Part shown: piece by piece, positions 1 to 8,751 of the stretch
Layout: the number at the start of each line of letters is the position of its first letter
Numbering within the stretch: the first letter of the stretch is position 1
IMG/VR virus record: IMGVR_UViG_3300042484_002423
Strand: one strand, 5' to 3'
Source of the DNA: a virus
Taxonomy: Duplodnaviria > Heunggongvirae > Uroviricota > Caudoviricetes
DNA length: 64,000 bases
Position numbers and translations under genes: made by a program
Notes under the pieces: model-generated
What the model was told of the DNA's origin: nothing
What the model saw: only the letters and a program-made list of their open reading frames with translations
Databases searched by the model: none

Positions 1-672
1 ATTGGGAAACATTGTTCTAGTGCTACACAAAAAATTCCAAGTCAACATGGCCATGTGCTCAACCTGGTCTAACTCCTGTACACTGGCAGTGAATGGCTGA
101 ACGTCTCTCCAGTCCGGCGCTGTATTGTAGTGATAGTAGTTGGTGTGTTGTGCAATCAACATACTGGTGGTGAATCCCCACCAGTCCTTGCGGTAGTTGA
201 GGTAAACATCGGGTCTGTTGGCTTGCAGCGTTTCGTATATTTTGAGATTTTTTGCATCATCTGCATCGGGGCCTGCATGCGGCAACACACGTTGATAACC
301 ACCGTGCGCTGACAAGATTGACTCCAAGAACACTGTACCAGATCGTGGAAAGTGCAGAACCCATGCTGTGGAACTTTTTGGCTGAGACTCAAAATTTAGT
401 TTACTCAGTATATGGTCACTGTGGCACCATCTTTTGTCTAAGAATTTATCGCTGGTAAAAACACTGCGGTAAGTCAAACCTTGCACCTGCTCGAGAGCAA
501 GCTCAGAGTCAGGCGGAATTTCCCAGATTAGTGATTGATTGCTTTCTGTGGGATAGGCACTGGGCCAGTTGCCCCCAAACTCAGTTTCTAAACTTGTGAA
601 CCCAGGAAACTGCTGCAACAGCCATTCTCGCTCCCCAGGTACGTCTTGGGAAAAAACAATTCGATCCGTCAT
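1..672 (-). CDS. Partial CDS whose C-terminus lies beyond the window start. It is a putative P-loop, sulfotransferase-like protein. The frame is open from ATG 672-670 down to position 1 and is absent from the ORF track.
   Basis: Manual translation of the minus strand from ATG at 672-670 gives more than 224 codons with no stop (MTDRIVFSQDVPGEREWLLQQFPGF...HFPRSGTVFLESILSAHGG...). The PRSGT motif resembles the PAPS-binding PRSGTT motif of Sulfotransfer_3-type sulfotransferases. The ORF starts 10 nt after the stop of the upstream minus-strand gene. Confidence 0.35.
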   Translation of the reverse strand, partial: MTDRIVFSQDVPGEREWLLQQFPGFTSLETEFGGNWPSAYPTESNQSLIWEIPPDSELALEQVQGLTYRSVFTSDKFLDKRWCHSDHILSKLNFESQPKSSTAWVLHFPRSGTVFLESILSAHGGYQRVLPHAGPDADDAKNLKIYETLQANRPDVYLNYRKDWWGFTTSMLIAQHTNYYHYNTAPDWRDVQPFTASVQELDQVEHMAMLTWNFLCSTRTMFPN

Positions 673-682
673 GGGCAATGCA

Positions 683-1582
683 TTACTCATCTAAACTAGA
701 GGTAACCGGACCGGACATGGCGGCCATGCTGTGTTTGCCAGAGTTCTGTCGAGTCCATGAAGGATTGAGACCATTCATTTCCAAAATGTCATCACGGATG
801 TTTTGATTTTTCTTCTCAATGTTCAGGATGCGAGTAAAGCTATTAGTGATAGCGGCAGTATAATACGCAAAAGGGTTCTGCGATTTGGACTCGTCAAATT
901 GCAGTCCAATTTGACTGAGTTGCAGCAGGGCTTGTCCCCGCATTTCTTCGTTGTAGGTGTATCCACGCCAGTTGCTCCTTGTTGCATAACGCTCGCAAAG
1001 TTTCATAAACATTGTGGCCAGCTTGCGAGTCATTTCGCCGTGCTCTCGGCAAAACTCCCCAGTTTCTAAATCACCTTTCCAGTGACTACGACCCACAATA
1101 TAGTGATTTTTGTCAGCATCAATTCGATAGTGTTCAAACGGTGGAAAGTTTAATCGAACATAGTTCATGTCTAGCACTGGTTCGTCAACAAGCCCTGCCA
1201 AGGGATCTTCCTCGGTGGCATCATCTAGATCCAAGATTTCTTCAAGTTTTTTACGTTTGGCTTCAGCCTTGGTAATTTTTTTAGGAGCCTTGGGAATATG
1301 ATCCCATGCGGTGATGCGAAAAACAACATCTGTGTTGGGAATTTTTGTGGGATCTACAATTTCGCCTGTTTCTCGTTTGATACGGTCAGCACGATTTCTG
1401 CGTGCTTCAGCCACAGTGCGCTGATTGATCTTGTCTGTGCTGGGTAAAATAATATCGTATTGATGATCAAGAACTCGATCACGATACCAGCAGTAGGTGT
1501 TTTTGCTGTGATGTATTTCTTTAAGAATGTCCCGGTTATTGAGATAGTTAACTCGAGGTGCTGATTTGGGGATTAGACTCAT
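683..1582 (-). CDS. Late-transcription sigma factor, T4 gp55-like, with a ~110-aa C-terminal extension.
   Basis: The N-terminus (VNYLNNRDILKEIHHSK) and the internal segment (NPFAYYTAAITNSFTRILNIEKK) match the conserved gp55 motifs YNYVNNKELL and [21 protein letters not shown]. The ORF is 299 aa with an ATG start. Confidence 0.65.
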   Translation of the reverse strand: MSLIPKSAPRVNYLNNRDILKEIHHSKNTYCWYRDRVLDHQYDIILPSTDKINQRTVAEARRNRADRIKRETGEIVDPTKIPNTDVVFRITAWDHIPKAPKKITKAEAKRKKLEEILDLDDATEEDPLAGLVDEPVLDMNYVRLNFPPFEHYRIDADKNHYIVGRSHWKGDLETGEFCREHGEMTRKLATMFMKLCERYATRSNWRGYTYNEEMRGQALLQLSQIGLQFDESKSQNPFAYYTAAITNSFTRILNIEKKNQNIRDDILEMNGLNPSWTRQNSGKHSMAAMSGPVTSSLDE

Positions 1583-1610
1583 GGTCGATTGTGTCTCCTA
1601 GTGTGTACTT

Positions 1611-1638
1611 ATTGTAACATTTTTACAACAGTTGTCAA
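1611..1638 (-). promoter_or_regulatory. Sigma70-type promoter (minus strand) for the gp55-like gene: -35 TTGACA, 16-nt spacer, -10 TACAAT.
   Basis: Minus-strand reading gives TTGACA (plus 1633-1638), then a 16-nt spacer, then TACAAT (plus 1611-1616). An AGGAG RBS follows about 12 nt before the ATG at 1582. Confidence 0.45.
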
Positions 1639-1696
1639 CCTTTTTGTTAAACTACGCCGAAAATTTTTTGGGTAAATAAGGTATAGGAACATCAAC

Positions 1697-4600
1697 ATGG
1701 CATATGATGCAGCAAAAGCAAACGAAGTTAATCAATTAATTGAGCAGGGTATTGACCCTAGCGAAGCTATTCAGATGGCCGGGATTCCTGCAGACCAGTT
1801 GGGCAACTATGATTATGATCCAACTACTAGTCAACTGGGGCAACAGTACGGCCCTCCTACAGAAGAGTCAGTTTTTGATCCAAGACAGGACGTGGCTGAA
1901 AGTGTGTTTGATCCAGGTGCAACATTTAACGGCCCTGCTACTCAAGAGTCAGTATTTGACCCACGTCAAGACGTAGCTGAAAGTGTTTTTGACCCAGGTG
2001 CAACATTTAACGGGCCTGCAGCAGAAGAATCAGTATTTGATCCACGCCAGGATATTGGCGAAAATGTATTTGATCCAGCTGGCGCGGTGCCCAGAGCAGA
2101 CATAACTGATGCAGCCGCTAGGATCAACGACCCCTATTATGGCTTAACGCCTGCACAGATTCAAGCCCTTGGCGGAGCCGATCCCACTGACCCGTATATT
2201 CGTGCTAGACTTGGAATACCGCAACTGGCTGGATCGACCTTGAACCCAGGCGGCTTTGCAGCGTACCGCCCAACAGGTGTGCCACTAATTGATAACGCAG
2301 TTTCAGCAATCAGCAGCTTTGCTGCTTCTCTTAGCAGCTTCTTTGGTCCACCAACCAAGCCAACTGTTACAACACAAGGTACAACAACTGGCGCGGTTAC
2401 TGAAAATGTATTCAACCCCAATGCAATAAGTGGACCAATCAATCAAGGCGATGAGAATGTTTTTGACCCACGTCAAGACGTAGGCGAAAATGTATTTGAT
2501 CCAGGCACAACCTATAGCGGACCAGCAACTGAAGAGTCTGTTTTTGACCCACGTCAAGACGTAGGTGAAAATGTATTCAACCCCAATGCAATAAGTGGAC
2601 CAATCAATCAAGGCGATGAGAATGTTTTTGACCCACGTCAAGACGTAGGCGAAAATGTATTCGACCCAGGCACAACCTACAATGGTCCAGCAACCGAAGA
2701 GTCAGTATTTGACCCACGTCAAGACGTAGGCGAAAATGTATTCGACCCAGACTCTGCAATACCAAATTCTGAAATTGCTGAGACTGCTGCTGCAATCAAT
2801 GATCCATATTATGGACTAACTGCCCAACAACTCCAAGACCTAGGGGGTGCTGATCCTACAGATCCGTATATTCGTGCTAGATTAGGGATTCCGCAATTGC
2901 CTGGTTCAACATTAAATCCTGGCGGCTTTGCTACATTTGCTCCAACTGGCGTTCCCTTGATTGACGGAGCAGTGTCTGCAATTAGTAGTTTTACATCAAG
3001 TTTATCTAACTTGTTCTCGCCACCTACCAAGCCAACAGTAACACAACAAGGTACAACTACTGGTGCGGCTGCACCAGCAGGCGTTGACACCAAAGCCGCA
3101 GCAGCAGATGCAGCCGCAGTCAAAGAACAAAATCCTGAACTGGCCACGGCTGCAAAAGAAAATCTTACCAACATCCAAGAAGCCAACGCCAATGTTGTTG
3201 CAGCAGAAGAAAATATAGCGATCAACAATCAAAGTATCCAGGCCAATGAACAAGCGCAAGCACAAGCTCTAGAGCAACAGCGTCAGGCTCAAGCAATTAT
3301 TGATCAAAACAATGCTGAACTAGCCGATGACAACTTGCCTGACGATCGTCGCGCTGAACTAGAAGCCAACAATGCTGCCCAACAGGCCAGTATTGCAGAG
3401 AATGCTGCAATCATTGATGAAGCACAAAACAACATTGATGCGTCTACTGCAAACAATGAACAACAAGTAGACAGTATTCTTGAAAATCAAGCTGTGGTTG
3501 CTGAAAACGCAGAAGCGTTCCAAATCAATAACGGTGACCTTGATGGGCCAGTGGATGCAGCACAAGATCCAGAAATTGCAGCAGCAGACGCAGCAGCCAA
3601 CGCTGAGCTTGTTGCTGATCCTGAAGCTACTATTCCTGAAGATGTGGATCCAGCAGATGATCCAGAAATTCCTGAGGCAACTCTTGAACCTGATCCTGAA
3701 GCTACCATTCCCGAAGATGTAGATCCTGATACTGATGCTGAACTTCAAGAGCCACCGGGTACAGAAGAGCCATTTACTGATCTAGCTGAAGACGTAGAAG
3801 ACCCGTTTGAAGCTCGACGACTTGAGCTTGAACAAGAACTTGACGACCCGCCACCTACACTTACAGCTGAAGATGTAGGCGAAGAAGATCCGTTTGAAGC
3901 TCGACGACTTGAGCTTGAACAAGAACTTGACGACCCGCCACCTACACTTACAGCTGAAGATGTAGGCGAAGAAGATCCGTTTGAAGCTCGACGACTTGAG
4001 CTTGAACAAGAATTAAATCGTGAAGAATTAGCAGCATCAAATTTTAATCCTGAGCCAGTAGATACAAATGGCGACCCAGGACTGTCTGATGAAGAAATAC
4101 TTGCACGACGAAACGCTGGTGGCCTGAGTGACGAAGAAATAATTGCTCGTCAACAAGCAGCAGAACAAGCAGCAGCTAAGGCCAATGCCATAAATCAAGC
4201 CACACTGCAAAGTCGATACAAGCAGGCCGGCAACAGCGACTGGCGAGTGCGTTTGCAACTGGGTCCCACCAGCGACTACCTTTACAACGTTGGGGGTAAC
4301 AATGCACAAGAAGCTGGCATCCTGGCACCGCTTCGGGCCACCAATGGTGTCATCTTTCCGTACACACCTACGGTTACTACAGCATATCGAGCCAACTATG
4401 AACAGTATGACCTGATTCACAGCAACTATCGAGGTATCTATTACAAGAACTCTCGAGTGGATGACATTAGCGTGCGTGGAATGTTCACGGCACAGGACAC
4501 TACTGAAGCCAACTATTTGTTGGCAGTGATACACTTTTTTAGAAGTGTGACCAAGATGTTTTATGGACAAGATACCAATCGTGGCGTGCCACCGCCCTTG

Positions 4601-5014
4601 GTGTTTTTGAATGGTTTTGGAAATTTTCAATTCAGCAAGCACCCCTGTGTTGTGACGTCGTTTAATTACACTCTGCCCAATGATGTTGACTACATAAGAG
4701 CAACTAGTCTCAACAACTATGGTGGAGACTTGTTTAATCGTAGGCAACCTATTGCAACTGCTCCGGGTGGTGTGCAATTTGCTGGTGCTATTAGATTGGC
4801 CAATGCTTTACTACCAAAAAACGCACAACCCAAGGTGCCAACACAAAATACTTTGAGCGCATCAGTAACCAACACAGATCTTGCAACTTATGTTCCAACC
4901 AAAATGGAAATTGATATTAGCTTGATACCGGTGCAAACAAGAGACCAAGTCAGTAATCAATTCAGCCTCAAAGAATTTGCCAATGGTAACCTAATCAAGA
5001 AAGGATTCTGGTAA
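1697..5014 (+). CDS. Tail tape-measure-like / tail structural repeat protein (1105 aa). It has nested tandem repeats, an Ala/Gln-rich helical middle and a globular C-terminal domain.
   Basis: The ORF is long with an ATG start and an AGGAAC RBS. It sits first in a baseplate module with P2/Mu-like gene order and is followed by a LysM-like tail protein X homologue. The central segment is low-complexity with coiled-coil character, and the repeats are in frame. Confidence 0.4.
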   Translation: MAYDAAKANEVNQLIEQGIDPSEAIQMAGIPADQLGNYDYDPTTSQLGQQYGPPTEESVFDPRQDVAESVFDPGATFNGPATQESVFDPRQDVAESVFDPGATFNGPAAEESVFDPRQDIGENVFDPAGAVPRADITDAAARINDPYYGLTPAQIQALGGADPTDPYIRARLGIPQLAGSTLNPGGFAAYRPTGVPLIDNAVSAISSFAASLSSFFGPPTKPTVTTQGTTTGAVTENVFNPNAISGPINQGDENVFDPRQDVGENVFDPGTTYSGPATEESVFDPRQDVGENVFNPNAISGPINQGDENVFDPRQDVGENVFDPGTTYNGPATEESVFDPRQDVGENVFDPDSAIPNSEIAETAAAINDPYYGLTAQQLQDLGGADPTDPYIRARLGIPQLPGSTLNPGGFATFAPTGVPLIDGAVSAISSFTSSLSNLFSPPTKPTVTQQGTTTGAAAPAGVDTKAAAADAAAVKEQNPELATAAKENLTNIQEANANVVAAEENIAINNQSIQANEQAQAQALEQQRQAQAIIDQNNAELADDNLPDDRRAELEANNAAQQASIAENAAIIDEAQNNIDASTANNEQQVDSILENQAVVAENAEAFQINNGDLDGPVDAAQDPEIAAADAAANAELVADPEATIPEDVDPADDPEIPEATLEPDPEATIPEDVDPDTDAELQEPPGTEEPFTDLAEDVEDPFEARRLELEQELDDPPPTLTAEDVGEEDPFEARRLELEQELDDPPPTLTAEDVGEEDPFEARRLELEQELNREELAASNFNPEPVDTNGDPGLSDEEILARRNAGGLSDEEIIARQQAAEQAAAKANAINQATLQSRYKQAGNSDWRVRLQLGPTSDYLYNVGGNNAQEAGILAPLRATNGVIFPYTPTVTTAYRANYEQYDLIHSNYRGIYYKNSRVDDISVRGMFTAQDTTEANYLLAVIHFFRSVTKMFYGQDTNRGVPPPLVFLNGFGNFQFSKHPCVVTSFNYTLPNDVDYIRATSLNNYGGDLFNRRQPIATAPGGVQFAGAIRLANALLPKNAQPKVPTQNTLSASVTNTDLATYVPTKMEIDISLIPVQTRDQVSNQFSLKEFANGNLIKKGFW
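1862..2080 (+). repeat. In-frame tandem repeat with a ~75-nt unit, about 3 copies (ESVFDPRQDVAESVFDPGATFNGPA).
   Basis: The peptide and nucleotide repeat is visible directly in the sequence. Confidence 0.85.
2398..2760 (+). repeat. In-frame tandem repeat with a ~165-nt unit, 2 copies plus a partial copy (ENVFNPNAISGPINQGDENVFDPRQDVGENVFDPGTTY.GPATEESVFDPRQDVG). The next ~300 nt (2790-3070) duplicate 2100-2400.
   Basis: Near-identical 95-nt blocks occur at 2401-2495 and 2566-2660. The INDPYYGL...TTTGA segment is duplicated at 2100-2400 and 2790-3065. Confidence 0.85.
3797..4012 (+). repeat. Near-perfect 87-nt tandem repeat, 2.5 copies, encoding EDPFEARRLELEQELDDPPPTLTAEDVGE.
   Basis: The copies are 3797-3883 (one mismatch), 3884-3970 and a partial copy 3971-4012. 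Confidence 0.9.
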
Positions 5015-5316
5015 TGGCTGGACAGTACACTTCAACAAGTCCTTATTTTGAAACAGGATACAGTCAGTTTTATCTTGATGTCATGGTCAACAGACCTATA
5101 CCCAAAGAGAACGACGATATCAGTTTTACAATAAACGCAACTTATCAGTACAGGCCTGATTTATTGGCCTTTGACTTATACGGAACTGGTAATCTGTGGT
5201 GGGTTTTTTATCAACGAAACCCCAACACACTGACAGCACCACCCTTGGACTTTACTGTGGGGAAACAGATATTTTTGCCCAAAGGTGATGTACTCAAACA
5301 AGTGCTGGGATACTAA
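5014..5316 (+). CDS. Tail protein X-like small protein with a LysM-like fold (100 aa).
   Basis: The YQYRPDLLAFDLYGTGNLWWVFYQRNPNTLTAPPLDFTVGKQIFLPK pattern resembles the LysM-like Phage_tail_X family. Its position after the tape-measure-like gene and before the hub-like gene matches P2 and R-type pyocin clusters. Confidence 0.4.
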   Translation: MAGQYTSTSPYFETGYSQFYLDVMVNRPIPKENDDISFTINATYQYRPDLLAFDLYGTGNLWWVFYQRNPNTLTAPPLDFTVGKQIFLPKGDVLKQVLGY

Positions 5317-5319
5317 CAC

Positions 5320-8300
5320 ATGGCTACTATACAAGAAATTGAGGCAGAATTAGAAAGAATTCGTCGCGAAAGATTTGCACTCAGAAGTCGGCTTTCTGAC
5401 CCAGATGCAAAACGATTTGATCAGCAGTTGGCTGAACAGCAAATATCACTAATTTCGCAAGTTGACAAATTAAAAAATGAGCAGCAAGTCACTAGTGCTA
5501 CTATAAAGGAGACTGGACTAGGTGTTTGGACAGTATTTGATCAGGCCGGGAGAACTATTGCTATTGGCCGTTCTCCTTCTGCTGCAATTGATAGTGCGGC
5601 CTCATCGGGTGTTAATGCAGTTATTTTAGAGAATCTGCGTTCGGTGACGCAACCAACTGCGCCACCACCACAACCAGAACCTCCACAAACTGCCAGCCAA
5701 ACAGTGCAGGATAATGCATCACAAGGTCCAGCTACACCCCCAGCACAACAAGTTACTGCTACTGGACAAACAGTAACCCCACCAGCAGTAACAACGCCAA
5801 CCAATGCTGATACTCCAGCAACCGCAGAAACTGGTGCTGGAGTAGATTCTAATATAGATCCACCTGTAAAAACACTTGAGCAGACACAAGCTACTGGACC
5901 ACAACCACCAGCAGCACCGTCATCAGATCCGCGTGCTGAACAAATTTCAACCCAGTTGACAACAACTCCAGGGGTTGGGTCAAACGACGAGAATCCGCCG
6001 CCTAATACTACCAGCAAGCAAGCCAATGTCAACGCTGAACAAAATACACCCCCGGTAAAGCCTCAGCCCAATGTACTGGACAAATATAGTAGCTATACCT
6101 ATTCAGCGTCAGTGTACTTGTGCACACAATCACAGTACAAAAAAATGCTTGCTGGAGTAGACAAAAAAATTGACGGCTATCAATTGTTGTTTCAAAGCGG
6201 CGGAGCACCTGTAAGTGATGGGGTAATTAGACCTGCCCAGATTCAAACTCAAGAAAATCCAAATGATCCTTCCAGTGCAAACAGCAGCTGGGACGGTTAC
6301 AGTACTGCAGGACGAAACCCGTTCTTTGATGCAGATTTTTATATTGACAATATTACTGTAGAAACAGTAACAACTGGAAAAGGTTCAGGTGCAGCACACA
6401 TGAATGCAACCCTGAAGTTCACTGTGGTTGAGCCCATGGGAATAACCTTGTTGAATAGACTGTACAAGGCTGTACAAAATTTTGCACCAATAGAGGGAAC
6501 AGGCAAAGTAAACTATACCAGTGCCATTTACCTGATGGTGATACGTTTTTACGGATATGATCAAAACGGAAACATTGTAATGCCCATCAAGGGAGGCCTA
6601 CAAACGCCTGGCGACACCAGTGACCCCAAGGCAGTGGTAGAAAAATTTATTCCGTTTCAGATCAATCGTATCAACTGGGGTGTGGGCTCTAAATTGGTAA
6701 GCTATGAATGGGAGTGTACCCCAGTTGGACAATTGTTGGGTGCATACTCAGCCCGTGGCACAATCCCGTATGATGTCCAACTAACAGATTCCACTGTAGG
6801 CGGCTTACTCAAAGGACCCACAAAATACAGCACAGCACAACCAACGGCTGCTAACCCAGGGGCATCAACAACTGCCACGGATTCGCGTGGTAGAGCAACT
6901 ACTGCATCAAATCCAAGAGTTGCAAGCAGCGCCGCTGCACCTCCAACTGCGGCTGGTGCACCAGCACCAAAGAAAACAGTAACACAGGGGCTAGTAGGGG
7001 CACTCAACGAGTATCAAGCTGATCTTGTTCAACGAGGCATCTATACTTTACCTGATGAATACGAAATTGAATTTTTAGGCAACAACGATGTTCCTGCGTC
7101 TGCTATTGAAAATGCAAAGCTACAATTGCCCAATCAAAAAGTTGACAAAGCTAAAACTGCAGGCGGTGAATCAAACACCACAAATCCCAATAATTTGCGT
7201 ACTGAAGCAAATCCTGTAAATATGGCCAGTCGCAGTTTTAGTATCACGGCCGGGCAACAGATTCTTCAAGCAATTGAATTGGCTATACGAAATTCCAGTT
7301 ATATAAGCAGCCAATCCATTGTGGTGGTCAATCCTGATGGATCACAGTCACCAAACTCCAACACTAAAGAAGCACCACTTCAGTGGTTCAACATTTCAAT
7401 GAGTGCTGAACCAACATCTACCACGCTGGACCCAAAAAGAAATGATCACGCCTACAAGATCAAATACACAGTAACACCATTCAGGCCTGCCAATGTGGCC
7501 AGCAAGTACTTTCCAGCTTCAAAATTCAAAGGCATTCACAAAAGCTATCCTTACTGGTTCACAGGAAAAAACACAGCCGTGCGAGAGTATCAAGAAACTC
7601 TCAATGCCTTGTACACTCTAACTGTTAGTGGCAATGCACCAACCAACAGTGCCGCGGCAATTCAAGCAGATCGATTTACCAGCAGCATGCAGGAAATTGT
7701 AAAGTACAATTATTCGCCAGCAAGCAATGCAAGTCGTGCCGGTGCTGATGGCAAAAGCCTTGAGGCCAATGCCAATGCTGCTGAAGTATTGTACAGTCCC
7801 GGTGACCTTGCAGCCGCAAAATTAAAAATTATTGGAGATCCAGCTTGGATCATGCAAGGCAGTATGTTCAAGCCGCTTACTGGAAAAGGTTTTACACAAG
7901 CATCTCAAACTGGATTTGAACCTGACGGCACAATCAGCTTTGACAGTCAAGATATTCTGTTTGAAATTGTCTGGCAGCGACCTGAAGATTATGACATCAA
8001 TACTGGCATAGCAGACCCTTACAAAAAAACCACAGCTAATGGTCAGTCACGACAACCGTTGCAGAGTCGAGTGTATATTTGTACCAAAGTTACCAGCGAA
8101 TTTAAAAACGGAGCCTTTGAGCAAACACTGGATGGATCGTTGTATTTGTTTCCCAAGCTTGACAAAAGCAATACTGCTAATCCAGCAGCCGCTGTATCAA
8201 ATGATGCCACTGATAGTTCAAGAAAAAATCGCACGGCGACCTCACCTGCAGCAGGCACACCTGGCACAAGCGATGCAGGTGCAGGTCGTGGTAGCTCACA

Positions 8301-8742
8301 GTTTACAGCAACTGATCCGCGCCGATCAGATGTTGGCGATGGCGGCAAAGCAGCCATACTAGGTGCGCAAAAATCATTGATCAGCGGAGCTAGAGAATTT
8401 CAAACCAATGGCGGTGGTGCAGCGTTTGGAAACCCCAACCTAACAAGACAAGGTGTAAACGCCCAAGCAAATACAGTATTGGAAAATGCACCACCGCCTC
8501 AAGCACCCACTAGTTCTACTGGGGGCTCTGAGCAAATAATAAGCCCAGAAGAGTCTAACACTGTACAATCAATTGTGCCGCCAAAATTGCCTGGCGGGTC
8601 AGGTACAACAGCACCTCAGTCAGCTAGACAAATACAGGTTGCGACTCAGATTGCTGAGTCGCAAGCCAGAGCCAGAGCCGCTGGCGGTTCGCCAAACAGC
8701 TCAACGATACCAAACAATCAAAACATAGCAAGAGAAAGATAA
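5320..8742 (+). CDS. Baseplate hub-like structural protein (1140 aa). The assignment is positional only. The N-terminus is a Pro/Thr/Gln-rich low-complexity linker.
   Basis: The ORF is long, coherent and ATG-initiated. It lies between the LysM-like tail protein X and the gp5/gpV-like spike. Confidence 0.35.
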   Translation: MATIQEIEAELERIRRERFALRSRLSDPDAKRFDQQLAEQQISLISQVDKLKNEQQVTSATIKETGLGVWTVFDQAGRTIAIGRSPSAAIDSAASSGVNAVILENLRSVTQPTAPPPQPEPPQTASQTVQDNASQGPATPPAQQVTATGQTVTPPAVTTPTNADTPATAETGAGVDSNIDPPVKTLEQTQATGPQPPAAPSSDPRAEQISTQLTTTPGVGSNDENPPPNTTSKQANVNAEQNTPPVKPQPNVLDKYSSYTYSASVYLCTQSQYKKMLAGVDKKIDGYQLLFQSGGAPVSDGVIRPAQIQTQENPNDPSSANSSWDGYSTAGRNPFFDADFYIDNITVETVTTGKGSGAAHMNATLKFTVVEPMGITLLNRLYKAVQNFAPIEGTGKVNYTSAIYLMVIRFYGYDQNGNIVMPIKGGLQTPGDTSDPKAVVEKFIPFQINRINWGVGSKLVSYEWECTPVGQLLGAYSARGTIPYDVQLTDSTVGGLLKGPTKYSTAQPTAANPGASTTATDSRGRATTASNPRVASSAAAPPTAAGAPAPKKTVTQGLVGALNEYQADLVQRGIYTLPDEYEIEFLGNNDVPASAIENAKLQLPNQKVDKAKTAGGESNTTNPNNLRTEANPVNMASRSFSITAGQQILQAIELAIRNSSYISSQSIVVVNPDGSQSPNSNTKEAPLQWFNISMSAEPTSTTLDPKRNDHAYKIKYTVTPFRPANVASKYFPASKFKGIHKSYPYWFTGKNTAVREYQETLNALYTLTVSGNAPTNSAAAIQADRFTSSMQEIVKYNYSPASNASRAGADGKSLEANANAAEVLYSPGDLAAAKLKIIGDPAWIMQGSMFKPLTGKGFTQASQTGFEPDGTISFDSQDILFEIVWQRPEDYDINTGIADPYKKTTANGQSRQPLQSRVYICTKVTSEFKNGAFEQTLDGSLYLFPKLDKSNTANPAAAVSNDATDSSRKNRTATSPAAGTPGTSDAGAGRGSSQFTATDPRRSDVGDGGKAAILGAQKSLISGAREFQTNGGGAAFGNPNLTRQGVNAQANTVLENAPPPQAPTSSTGGSEQIISPEESNTVQSIVPPKLPGGSGTTAPQSARQIQVATQIAESQARARAAGGSPNSSTIPNNQNIARER

Positions 8743-8751
8743 GGAACATAC

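Noticed and set aside
130-458. Three small track ORFs at the left end (130-312, 156-392, 252-458)
   Set aside because: They are superseded by the continuous minus-strand ORF 1-672, which runs off the window and has a recognisable P-loop motif.
1862-4012. Tandem repeats considered as a possible CRISPR array
   Set aside because: The repeats are in-frame coding repeats of different unit lengths (75, 165 and 87 nt) with no unique spacers, and no cas genes are present.
2161-4777. Multiple antisense and alternative-frame ORFs listed inside the tape-measure-like gene (for example 2161-2442, 2303-2641, 2809-3228, 3359-3748, 3782-4009, 4037-4777)
   Set aside because: They lie entirely within a long, repeat-rich, in-frame coding region. 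Their own repeats merely mirror the sense-strand repeats. No independent start context, RBS or coupling supports them.
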